Part shown: positions 52,810 through 63,830 of the stretch, piece by piece
Position numbering within the stretch: the stretch's first letter is position 1
Layout of the letters: the number at the start of each line of letters is the position of its first letter
From: Pristiophorus japonicus
Taxonomy: Eukaryota
Assembly: GCF_044704955.1 (NCBI RefSeq)
Contig: NC_091997.1
Coordinates: 85,498,001 to 85,562,000 of the forward strand
Direction of reading: 5' to 3'
DNA: 64,000 nt
The notes under the pieces: generated by a model
What the model was told of the DNA's origin: nothing
Seen by the model: the letters and a program-made list of their open reading frames with translations, nothing else
Databases searched by the model: none
Made by a program: the position numbers and the translations under genes

Positions 52810-53460
52810 GTAGGTGCACTGGGGCAGTACCGCGGTAGGGATCGGGACAGTATCGGGGGCGGGGAGGGATCGGGACAGATATTCGGGAAGTATCGGGGGA
52901 GCGATCGGCAAGGTATTGCGAGAACATATAATGTAAGGTATTAGGTGAGACATTAGGGGAGATTTTTGGAGGCGTTGGGGAGATACTGGAGGAGGTTTTA
53001 GTGCGGATAGCTGTCATTGGGAAAATGTTAGAGCCTTTATTAAGATGAAATTACCGCGTATGCAGATAAAGAGTAAATAGTGAGAAGTAGCTAGCACGGG
53101 TTTCAAACTGTCCAGGAGGTAACAGACATGGTAAGTGGGGGAATGCAGTGGATGTAGTGTACATGACCTAGTGTATAAGACCTAGCTCTGCCAAGCCAGT
53201 GTGGCGGTTGGTGTGCAACCGCCAGCACACATTAAAACAATCGACGCACAGGAATCTTCCATCCTTCACAGTGTAGTTCGGACCTGCAATATTAGGTTCT
53301 TCATTGAAACACCCGTGAACTTTTTGACGTGGAAGCAAGTCATCCTCGATTGGAGGGACTGCCTATGATGATGAGTGTACATGGTCTTTAGGAAATTCTT
53401 TGATAAAGTCACACTAGAGATGATTATATTAACAAATATTATTTTCAATGTTGTTTATAG

Positions 53461-53928
53461 ATTCAGCTGATATATCTTCTATTGAAGAAAACTCCTTGTC
53501 GCTGACACTGTCAGAGGGAGAGAATGTGACTTTACCCTGCCAGTATGAGAATATAAAACTACTCGCCTTCACTCTGTTTTGGTTTAGATCTGGAAACGTC
53601 AATAAGTGTCTGCACTCTGTTTTCATTGACTCTCAGGGGCCATATTCTAACCCACTCTGTTGTGTGGATAGAGAGTCGTCACAAAGAATCTCTAACCAAA
53701 GCTCACACAATCCTTTGGTTAGCCGCCAGTCTCATAACCTTACTATTCACTCAGCGGGCCTGGTGGACACTGGGAGGTATCTCTGTGCTGTACACAGTCA
53801 GGATTCGGGGAAACATGTCTGGAAGATTGCAGCAAACATCTCCCTTGTGACAGAGCCCAGTGCAGAAACTTCAGACACTCCCACCTCAACATCTGGAATA
53901 TCTTTAGTGACCAGCAGCATAACTCATA
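53461..53928 (+). CDS. IgSF receptor exon: V-set Ig domain D2 plus S/T-rich stalk
   Basis: GENVTLPC...LFWFR...NLTIHSAGLVDTGRYLCAV contains the canonical C-W-C and DxGxYxC motifs. Acceptor ttgtttatAG (alternative CAG at 53464-66, same phase). Phase-1 donor A|GTAAGT. Confidence 0.92.
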
Positions 53929-54217
53929 GTAAGTGATACAATCCAGAATATGATGTGAACCATTTAATATCAATAATTCAATATAAATAATATAAATAAT
54001 TCTTTCAGGCAATGTCCCATATGTGAGATTCCAAATCAATTGTCTAGTTTTGTACCCATTAGACGTTGGTTCGATTTTCTTCCTTCGCAATTGCACTTTT
54101 CCAGATTGTAACCGGAAAAGTATGTTCCTCGGCCCAGGTAACCAGTGTGATCAGCTGTACATATAAGACGGCATTGTACAAACTGAACTTAATGTTGCTT
54201 CTCCTCTGCATTTCCAG

Positions 54218-54331
54218 ACCCTGCCACCGCTGTGAACGTAGCCATAGTGTGTCTGATTGTACTCATTTGCATTGTTGGGATAGTTTGCATTATTGGGGTC
54301 GTTTGCCGAAGGAAATGACAATCTGCCAAAG
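54218..54331 (+). CDS. IgSF receptor transmembrane exon (NPATAVNVAIVCLIVLICIVGIVCIIGVVCRRK*QSAK) with in-frame TGA at 54316-54318
   Basis: Acceptor ctgcatttccAG, phase 1. Uncharged hydrophobic stretch followed by RRK. Tandem phase-1 donors at 54332 (GTAAAG) and 54338 (GTAAGC). Confidence 0.88.
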
Positions 54332-54689
54332 GTAAAGGTAAGCAAGAGCGTTAAAATGTTTGATCTAAATCTATAAAATTGTAAGAGCAGACTCCTTACA
54401 TAGATTCTTACATTTATCTTTCCCATCTTACTGTTGTGAAGAATCCTCAGCACCAGGACCCAGGTAGGGCTGGGATTCGATCAGTTTTTGGGCAGACTTT
54501 CTGTATAATTTTGCTCATTTAATGGAACATTTACAGGTTACTTTTCTTTGCTAACTGTAGGGCCGGTGATGTGCAGCTGACACAAGTGGCTGAATGTAAG
54601 TGACTAGAATTGCTGGCCAGCTCTTCCGATCCTGGCCCTTTGAGAGTTGAAACTAAAAGCACACATGGTGTTCCCGCCTTTCTGTCCAG

Positions 54690-54876
54690 GTTTCCCGTAC
54701 TCTGTGGTTCCCAGGAAGGATCAGAGCGATGACAACGAGCCTGTTGCGTACTCGGTGACAAGAGTTCCAACGCCGTCGAGCCAGCCAAGGCCTGGTGAAG
54801 GAATGGAGAGCACTGGCCCAAACATTGACTCTACAGAGCATGTGTACTGTTTGATCAAAGAGTCAGTGGTCAAAGG
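54690..54876 (+). CDS. IgSF receptor cytoplasmic exon 1 (FPYSVV, VAYSVT, HVYCLI Tyr motifs)
   Basis: Acceptor ctttctgtccAG (phase 1) and donor GG|GTAAGC (phase 2). Frame is open. Confidence 0.85.
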
Positions 54877-55209
54877 GTAAGCAGAGTGACAGCTGTCACC
54901 CCTCGGCTACAGTCAACACTGACCACAACTTTGTTTTAGGATGGAGGGTTAGAAGATTGTTAATGTAATGAAGGTGAGGGGAGCCCATGCTAGCAAATGG
55001 GTTACTTTTCCACTTTGGCCACACAGTATCACTTGGAGCACTCCAGATTAGGCACAGCGTAAAACTCCCTCTGGACTGTCCCAACAATGTTCCTCAACTC
55101 CAAGGTCAGGAGAGAGGTCAGACATCTTCACTTCTCACACCTCCTGTACTATTTGAGTGGAAGGGCCAATTTAGAGGTAGTTTTGTACTGTGGCTCACAT
55201 GAGCTGCAA

Positions 55210-56225
55210 ACTGGATCGAGAGGACCAAACTCATCGCAGATCCCTGAAAGTAGCAGGCCAGGTGGATAAGGTGGTTAAAAAGGCATACAGAATGCTTGCC
55301 TTTATTGGCCGGGGCATAGACTATAAGAGCAGGGAGGTTATGCTTAAATTGTATAATACTTTGGTTAGGTCACAGCTGGAGTCCTGCGTGCAGTTCTGGT
55401 CGCCGTATTATAGGAAGAACATGATTGCATTAGAGAGGGTGCAGAGGAGATTTACTAGGATATTGCCTGGAATGGAGAATTTTAGCTATGAGGAGAGATT
55501 GGATAGGCTGGGTTTGTTCTCATTGGAACAAAGGAGGCTGACAGGAGACCGCATTGAGGTGTACAAAATTTTGAGGGGCCTGGATATAGTGGATAGCAAG
55601 GCCTATTTCCCTTGGTGGAGGTGTCTATTATGAGGGGGCATAGCTTTAAGGTGGTGGAAGGTTTAGAGGGGATTTGAGGGGAAGCATTCTTCACGCAGAG
55701 GGTTGTGGGGGTCTGGAGCTCACTGGCTGGAAGGGTGGTGGATGCAGAAACCCTCACCACATTTAAAAGTTGCTCGGATGGATACTTAAAATGCCGTAAC
55801 CTGCAGGGTTACGGAACTAGAGCTGTTCAGTGGGATTAGACTGGAAAACCTCTTGTTGGCTGGCGCAGATATGATGGTAAGTACTGCAGGGAATCGAATA
55901 CGGCTGGAGTGATCTCCTGGACTAGTTTTGATCACCAGGATGGGTCGGAGAGGAATTTTCCCAGATTTTTATTTCCCCAATTGACCTGGTTTTTGCCTCT
56001 CCCAGGAGATCACATGGCTCCGGTTGGGGTGGAGTGTAGAATGTCGCAGTTGTGTGGGGCGGACTGATTGGGCTGGGTGCTCTTTACCTTTCCGCCATTG
56101 TTCATTGTTCAAAGGTTTATATGTAACCTTCAGGGCTGCTGAACGAGGGCCGTGTGGCTCTTTGTCGGACACGATGGGTCGAAATAGCCTCCTTCTGCGC
56201 TGTAAATTTCTATGTTTCTATCTTT
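55210..56225 (+). mobile_element. CR1 3' fragment in receptor intron
   Basis: KKAYRMLAFIGRGI...CVQFWSP and (TTCTATGT)n tail. Confidence 0.85.
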
Positions 56226-56679
56226 CTAAGTGAAAGTGATAGTCAGTCAGAAACAGACAGAGAGACAGATAGATATTGAAAGAGGACTTTTATTACCAAT
56301 AGTCTGGACTTGATTTGAGAACAGATCCTAAAATATGAATGGGCCGTACTAATCTATTCCACCACCCAGGACAAAACATTTCCAGGTTTTGCATCCAATC
56401 TCACAACCGGACAGTTCTAAGTCAGGGTTCGATGGCCCGAAGCTGTGTAAAGCATTTTGCCCTCTGACCTGATAGTGCTCCTTTATCCCAACATCAGAAT
56501 AGCATCACTGTGCCAGTATGAAGTTATTTAAAAAATAAACTTCTCAGGACAATATTTTGGCTTACTTGACCATAATGATCAATTTTGTCCAAATATTTTA
56601 CTGAATGATTGGCGGTTTTAGGCAAGGAATTGGATTGAGACTGAAAACTCTTTGCAGAGAGGACTGCTTACATAGCAGA

Positions 56680-57132
56680 CTCAGAGAGATAAAGAGAGAG
56701 AGTGAGAGAGAGAGACAAGGAGTCAAGAACAGAGAGTGACAGAGAGAAAGATAAAGAGAGAGAGAGAGCAACACGGAGAGAGAAAGAGAGACAGACAGAA
56801 ATAGACAATGAGATGGGGATGCAGATGGGGATGAAATGACAGACGGAGAACAAGAAACAGAGACAGAGAGACAGACACAGAGAGACATGGAGGGAGACAG
56901 TGAGATAGACAGAGGGAGCGAGACAACGAGAGAGACGGAGACGGGNNNNNNNNNNNNNNNNNNNNNNNNNNNNNNNNNNNNNNNNNNNNNNNNNNNNNNN
57001 NNNNNNNNNNNNNNNNNNNNNNNNNNNNNNNNNNNNNNNNNNNNNNNNNNNNNNNNNNNNNNNNNNNNNNNNNNNNNNNNNNNGAGAAAGAGAGAGAGTC
57101 AGCGAGACAGGCAGAGAGAGACAGAGACAGGC

Positions 57133-57167
<35 letters not shown>

Positions 57168-57300
57168 AGGAGGCTGGCAGAGAGAGAGACAGGGAGAGAG
57201 ACCATGCGAGAGAGAGACAGATGGAGAGAAAGAGAAAGAAACAGAAAGAGAATCGGTGATGCAATCCGAGAGTCAGAGAGTGACAGACAGAATCAGGGAA
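56680..57300. repeat. GA-rich microsatellite containing an assembly gap (N 56946-57083)
   Basis: Directly visible. Confidence 0.95.
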
Positions 57301-57449
57301 AATGAATGAGGGAATTTCAGGCTGGGTTAGACTCAAATCCAGGCCAGTGGGGAGAAAGTGACTGAATGTAGTTTCCACTTACAGCCGTTTAATATTGTTT
57401 GAATCATATGTTACTCATTTTTCACACGTTTAATTTTCTGTTTTCCCAG

Positions 57450-57484
57450 TGATGACGGCAAAACTGAAATCCAGGCAGTAAAAT
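57450..57484 (+). CDS. IgSF receptor cytoplasmic micro-exon (GDDGKTEIQAVK)
   Basis: Acceptor ttctgttttcccAG and donor T|GTAAGT. The 35-bp phase 2-1 exon exactly bridges the flanking exon phases. Confidence 0.8.
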
Positions 57485-57573
57485 GTAAGTCATGGCAATC
57501 TTTCAGTATCTTTCATTATCTGTCCCCACATGGAAGTGAAACCCATCAAACGCAATCTCCTCTTAATTTCTAG

Positions 57574-57839
57574 GCAGAGACCGCACGGACCATATACCGC
57601 AGGTTGAAACCTCTTTAGCCATTGAATTCAAATCAGACGGCCAATCGCAGCCCAAAGAGGACAGTAAGGAGGATCCCTTTGCTCTGTCTAATGAGCAGAC
57701 TTATTCTTTGATAGGTTGCCCGGGGACAGGGAGCCCAGGAGACACAGAGACAAGGTCTCGGCTGGAGGAAGATGATCCACAACCTGGCCCGTTAGAGATG
57801 GAAGAAAATCCTATTTATGCTAAAATAGAGGAAGCCTGA
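57574..57839 (+). CDS. IgSF receptor last coding exon (QTYSLI, NPIYAKI motifs; TGA 57837-57839)
   Basis: Acceptor ctcttaatttctAG, phase 1. About 88 open codons ending EENPIYAKIEEA*. Confidence 0.82.
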
Positions 57840-58169
57840 ATGTGATTGAGTAATGGGAGAAAGGCAACGGATAACTTGGTTAAACTCATTGTGGTACTAG
57901 ATTTTAAAATATATATTTTACACTGGGTATTGAACACTTTCCCACTGCAGACCCCCAGGGTGGGGGAGAATTCGACATTGTTGCACTGGATTTCTGGATG
58001 GATCATGGGTGCAAAAGAGGTCCAATTTAGGAGGCCAACCCACCATGCCCGAGTAGTGTCGGAAACATGTTTGATGCCATATTGGTTTGGGCCTGTAGAG
58101 GAGTCCCTGATGTAGGCGTTAGGCTCCTTTGAATATGCTAATAAGGGGCCTACCACTTGTTCCAGGATC

Positions 58170-58340
58170 CAAACCGGCCATTATCACATTGCTGTTTGTG
58201 GGACCTTGCTGTGTGCAAATTAGCTGCTACTTTTCCTAAATTACAACAGTGACTAAACTTCAAAAAATACTGAATTCGCTGTAAAGTGCTTTGCGATCTC
58301 CAGAGGTCATGAAAGGCACTCGATAAATGCAAGTCTTTCA
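58170..58340 (+). mobile_element. SINE 3' half in the receptor's putative 3'UTR
   Basis: Shared SINE core. Confidence 0.7.
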
Positions 58341-58862
58341 ATTCATTCATTAATTTTGAGGGAAGGGAAACCACGCAGAATACAGGTGGACAACCGACGC
58401 TCGTTGAACACAAGTGCGTTTTCACAGATTGTAACATTGAAGCTGCTTGAAGCGCAGGATTGTGTGCCGAGAAATCTTCTCCCAATGTTTCACAAATGAT
58501 ATAAAGCCGCTGGTGGCAGCTCCTTGCCTTTCCCGGTTTGTTCTGAGTTTTTGTGGCGACCGACACAGAACACGGAGACAGACTCAATGTGAGTTTCCAC
58601 TCTCACCGACACCGGACGAGGGCGATGGGAACCCACGGTTGAAGAATATAACTGTAACACATTCGACGTGAAATTGGTCCTCGCCAGTTTCGACTTTGAT
58701 GGAAATGAAATTCGGGCTCGGTGTGAAACGTGCGCTCGATTCGCGATGAGCTTCACACTGCTGGCGAAGAGCAACTTCACCCCCTTGGACTCTGCTTAGA
58801 TAGAACAACGCATCGCTGGTGTGTAATACGCAAAATGGAACTTGTGTGATTGGAAGTCATTC

Positions 58863-58868
58863 AATAAA
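58863..58868 (+). terminator. Candidate polyadenylation signal of the IgSF receptor gene
   Basis: AATAAA about 1 kb downstream of the stop codon, in unique sequence. Confidence 0.5.
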
Positions 58869-58984
58869 CACTGTTTAAAAATTATAACTAAATGACGAGC
58901 TGTGTCATCTGTCCAGCAGGAATTTTATGGCTAACTAATTGAATGAATGAACTGATCTCAGTGAGGACACTGCATTTAGACTCA

Positions 58985-59230
58985 AGGGGAAGTGGGAGGA
59001 GGGAGGGGGAGTGGGGAGAGTGGGAGTGAGGAGGGTTTGAGGGGATTGGGAGGGAGGAGTGAGTGGGCAGTGGGGAGTGGGAGGGAAGGGGGAGTGGGAG
59101 GGAGAGTGGGGAGTGAAGAGGGTGTGAGGGAAGGGGCAGTGGAGAATGATAGGCTAGGGGGAATGGGAGGGTGGAGTGGGGGGAGTGGGAGTGAGGAGGG
59201 TGTGGGGGGAGTGGGTGGGAGGGGGAGTGG
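58985..59230. repeat. G-rich low-complexity tract
   Basis: GGGAGT-type repeats. Confidence 0.85.
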
Positions 59231-60334
59231 AAGCAAATTTATGAGGACGCTGAGGGAAGTTCATGATTGTGTAAGAGAAAGTTTGGTATAAATTGTCAGC
59301 CCCCAGCAGATCGCTAAAGAGTATTTTTAAAAGCATAAAACATTTCAATGTTGAAATGTTGAACAATACATGTCTATCAGTAAGATAAAAGGACTTTCAC
59401 GCGAGAGTCACCAATCCCACACTCCTTGAGGGCAGCCATGCTCAAACGGGTCAGGGGTTAGCTCTGTGACCCTCTGCTCAATTGTGTCTCCTTGAAGCAG
59501 AGCTCACTCTGACGGCAGGTTGGGGGGGAGGGGGTGGGAGGGGACAGAGTCAGTGAATTAACCCTCATAACCCTGGCATTTGCCTCATTGTCCAGCCCTT
59601 GGCTTCAGCACGATCTCTGAAACAATGGGTGCCATTTGCAATATGAGCACCACACGCAAGGACTGGTGTGTAGCAAATCCAAACGAACTCAGTACGGAAA
59701 TGGAAGGAAGCGTGTGATGATTGGAAATTTTAATTGATGGGAGCAAGTCTAAAAGGCTCAGCTATTTACAGCTTGTTAGTAGAAGCGGGTGTGAGCAGAA
59801 ATGCCAACCGCACTGTCGCATAAATCAAACGATGAACTCTTAAAAATCATGAGGTTTGCTATACAAATCATGAGTTGCTATTTTTTCCCTGACCCCTTGC
59901 TTACCTTTGATCCTAGACAGGAAGCGCAGTCCGTGACCTTTGCTCGCAGACAGGAAGCGCATTCAGCCGTCACTAACCGATTACTGACATAAGAAATAGG
60001 AGCAGGAGTGGGTGGATTGATGGCCCCGCTGTCTCGCTCTCCTTATCACCGTTACTCCTCCCGCAGCAAAATTTTTACTTCAGGCACCAGGAGGTGATTT
60101 CTGTTCCCACTGCAAATCCGAATAGTTGGCTGAAGAAGATTAAAAACAATCTCCCACCCATTGGATACCTGAAGTCCACCCAACTCAAATTCACGAGCGA
60201 GCATCAAAAGGGCCTCTAAAACTCCCACCGGGATTGGTTGGGAACCTTATTTCAAATCTGCAAGGCTATGGGAACAAATTGGATAGCTCTTTCAACCCAC
60301 GGGCACAGGCACGATGGGCTGAATGGACTCTTTC

Positions 60335-60690
60335 ACTGTCTTTCGGATGAGACGTGAAACTGAGGTCCCGTCTGCCCTCTCAGGTGGACGCGAAAGATCC
60401 CACTGCACTATTTCAAAGAAGAGCAGGGGAGTTCTCCCGATGTCCTAGCCAACACTTATTTCAATCAAAATAACTAAAGACAGAGGATCTGGTCATTATC
60501 ACATTGCTGTTTGTCAGACCTTGCTGCATGCAATTTGGCTGTCGTGTTCCGTACATTACAACAGTGACTACACTTAGAAATGGTACTTCGTTGGCTGCAG
60601 AGCGGTTTGAGATGCCCTGAGGTCAGGCAAGGCGAGCTATAAATACAAGTCTGTCTGTCTTTCTTTCTAGCTTTTTTCTTTTCTGTCTTC
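60335..60690 (+). mobile_element. SacSINE1/Deu-type SINE
   Basis: Shared core and TCT tail. Confidence 0.8.
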
Positions 60691-60958
60691 ATCCTACTCC
60701 GTAGACCATGTACAAGTTGCTCTATCTTAGAAATCCCCTATTTCAATCTCTCAACCATTGGTGGCCGTGCCTTCAACTGCCAAGGCACTAAGCTCTGGAG
60801 TTCTCTCCTGTGGCCGGGATTACACCACAGGAAAACTTTCTGTCTATTATTGCTCACTGACCCCCAAAGTAACCAAGGAACACACTTTGTTCCTGACCAA
60901 TTACATTCTGTTTCAAAACTGAAAATGCTGGAAATCTCAGCGGGTCAGAGAGAAACAG

Positions 60959-60995
60959 AGTTGACGTTTCGGGTCTGTGACCCTTCGTCAGAACT
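60959..60995 (-). ncRNA. Minimal type-I hammerhead ribozyme motif in a Penelope-like remnant (about 60910-61220)
   Basis: Minus strand reads AGUU-CUGACGA-A-GGGUC-ACA-GACCC-GAAA-CG-UC-AACU. It has an intact core, 5-bp stem II, 4-bp stem I and palindromic helix III. Confidence 0.75.
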
Positions 60996-61504
60996 GGAAA
61001 AGTTCGAGATGTAACAGATTCTTAAGGAAGTGCAGGTGGAGGGGAGGAAAGAACAAAAGGGAAGGTCTGTGATAGGGTGGAAGGCAGGAGAGATTAAGAG
61101 AGAAAAGGGACGATGGTCAAAAATGAGATGGTAATGGAACAAGTTAAGAAACAAAAGATGAGTCTAGATCGGGTGTGATTGGTGGAATCATCACCAGCTG
61201 CCATGGGAAAGAGAAAAAAAGTGGAGGATTTAAAAAAAGGTAACTATTTGTACTGCACTTTTTTTGACAGACATGCGACAAGCCCCGCCCTCTGTCAAGC
61301 TCTGCCCCCTCCCCCGCCCCCGAATCATTCCCTCCACGTGGTGCAAAGAAGCAGGACCTGAGGCCCGAGATTCCGCTGAGGTCCCGACTCTCCCTCCCCC
61401 GACTCTCCCTCCCCTATCCCCCCTGACGGCCTAGAACGGCGGCCGTGGGGGCTGAGAGTGGTGGCCGTGGGACCGAGAGCGGTGGCAGTGAGCAGAAAAG
61501 CAGC

Positions 61505-63189
61505 GGGCGCGAGAGAGACTGGGGAAGAGAGAGAGTCTGGGGGGCAAGGAAGATTGGGAGGGAGAGGCTGGGGGGAGAGCGCGAGAGAGGCTGGGGGGAG
61601 AGAGAGACATGAGCGAGAGAGAGAGGCTGGGGGAGAGAGAGAGAGGCTAGGGGAGAAAGAGAAGCTGGGGAAGAGAGGCTGGGAGAGAGAGAGTCTGGGG
61701 AGCGAGAGAGTCTGCAGAGAGAGAGAGAGGCTGGAGGGAGGGAGAGAGAGAGAGAGAGAGAGGCTGCAGTGAGAGAGAGGCTGGGGGGAGAGAGCGAGAG
61801 AGGCTGGGGGAGAGAGCGAGAGGGGCTGGGGGGGGGAGTGAGAGAGGCTGGGGAAGAGAGAGAGAGAGAGACACTGGGGGGGAGAGAGAGATGCTGGTGG
61901 AGAGAGAGAGGCTTGGGTGAGAGAGGCTGGGCGCGTGAGAGATCGAGAGGCTGGGGGAGAGTGAAAGAGGCTGGAGGAGAGAGAGAGAGGCTTGGGAGAG
62001 AGAGAGAGGCTGGGGGGGAGAGAGAGAGAGAGCGGCTGGGGGGAGAGAGAGAGGCTAGGAGAGAGAGAGAGGCTGGGGGAGAGAGAGAGAGAGAGAAGCT
62101 GGGGGAGAGAGATCCTGGGGAGAGAGAGAGAGTCTGCAGAGAGAGATAGAGAGAGAGGCTAGGTGAGAGAGACTGAGGCTGGGGGAGAGAGAGAGAGAGG
62201 CTGGGGGAGAGAGAGAGAGACAGAGGCTGGGGGAAAGAGAGTCTGGGGAGAGAGAGAGAGAGTCTGCAGAGAGAGAGAGAGGCTGGAGGGAGAGAGAGAG
62301 AGAGAGGCTGCGGTGAGAGAGAGGCTGGGGGGAGAGAGCGAGGGGCTGGGGGGGGAGAGCGAGAGAGGCTGGGGGGAGATAGCGAGAGAGGCTGGGGGAG
62401 AGAGCGAGAGAGGCTGGGGGAGAGAGAGAGAGGCTGCGGTGAGAGAGAGGCTGGGGGGAGAGAGCGAGAGGGGCTGCGGGGAGAGAGCGAGAGAGGCTGG
62501 GGGGAGAGAGCGAGAGAGGCTGGGGGGAGAGAGAGAGGGGGGCTGGGGAAGAGAGAGAGAGACGCTGGGGGGGAGAGAGAGATGTTGGGGGAGAGAAAGA
62601 GAGAGATGGGGGAGAGAGAGGCTGGGGAAGAGAGATAGAGGGGCTGGGAGAGAGTGTGAGAGGCTGGAGGAGAGAGAGAGAGGTTTGGGAGAGAGAGAGA
62701 GGCTGGGGGGGAGAGAGAGAGGCTTGGGAGAGAGAGAGAGGCTGGGGGAGAGTGAGAGAGGCTTGGGAGAGAGAGAGAGGCTGCGGGGGAGAGAAAGAGT
62801 CTGGGGGAGAGAGATAGAGGGGCTGGGGGAGAGAGAGAGGTTTGGGAGAGAGAGAGAGGCTGGGGGAGAGTGAGAGAGGCTTGGGAGAGAGAGAGAGGCT
62901 GCGGGGGAGAGAAAGAGTCTGGGGGAGAGAGATAGAGGGGCTGGGGGAGAGTGAGAGAGGCTGGAGGAGAGAGAGAGAGAGAGAGGCTTTGGAGAGAGAG
63001 AGAGGCTGGGAGAGAGTGAGAGAGGCTTGGGGTAGAGAGAGCGAGAGAGAGGCTGGGGGGGAGAGAGAGAGAGGCTGGGGGGGAGAGAGTGAGAGAGAGG
63101 CTGGGAGGAGAGAGAGAGAGAGGCTGGGGGGTGGGGGAGAGAGAGCGAGTTATTGGCTGGAGGGGGAGAGAGAGAGAGCGAGAGACTAG

Positions 63190-63228
<39 letters not shown>

Positions 63229-63830
63229 GAGGAGGAGAGAGAGGCTGGGTGGAGAGAGAGAGGCTGGGTGGACAGAGCGAGGCTGGGAGCGAGAGAGAGA
63301 GAGAGAGGCTGGGGGGGAGAGAGAGAGAGGCTGGGGGGGAGAGAGTGAGAGAGAGGCTGGGAGGAGAGAGAGAGAGAGGCTGGGGGGTGGGGGAGAGAGA
63401 GCGAGTTATTGGCTGGAGGGAGAGAGAGAGAGAGAGAGAGACTAGGAGGGAGAGAGAGAGAGAGAGAGAGAGACGAGGAGGAGAGAGAGGCTGGGTGGAG
63501 AGAGAGAGGCTGGGTGGACAGAGCGAGGCTGGGAGCGAGAGAGAGAGAGAGGCTGGGGGTAGGAGAGCGAGAGAGCGAGACTGGCGGGGGGGAGAGAGAG
63601 AGGCAAGGGGGGAGAGAGAGAGAGAGAGAGGCAGGGGGGAGAGAGAGAGAGAGACTAGGAGGGAGAGAGAGGCTGGTGGGGGGGACTGAGAGGCTGCGGG
63701 GGGGACAGAGAGAGAGAGGCTGAGGGCAGAGAGAGAGAGGCAGGGAGGATAGAGAGAGCGAGAGAGAGGCTGGGGGTGGGGAGAGACATGGGTGGGGGGG
63801 AGAGACATGGGTGGGGGTGGGGCGGATGGG
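61505..63830. repeat. Purine-rich (GAGAGAGGCTGGGGG)-type tandem array with higher-order duplications
   Basis: Directly visible. The overlapping ER-rich and SL-rich ORFs are artefacts of the repeat. Confidence 0.95.

Noticed and set aside
53461-53960. Rearranging TCR/Ig V segment
   Set aside because: No heptamer-spacer-nonamer RSS is seen after YLC; the G strand and stalk are encoded in the same exon.
54316-54318. Selenocysteine codon
   Set aside because: The Arg-rich stop-transfer context suggests CGA, and I could not recognise a SECIS in the 3'UTR by eye. A SECISearch run would settle it.
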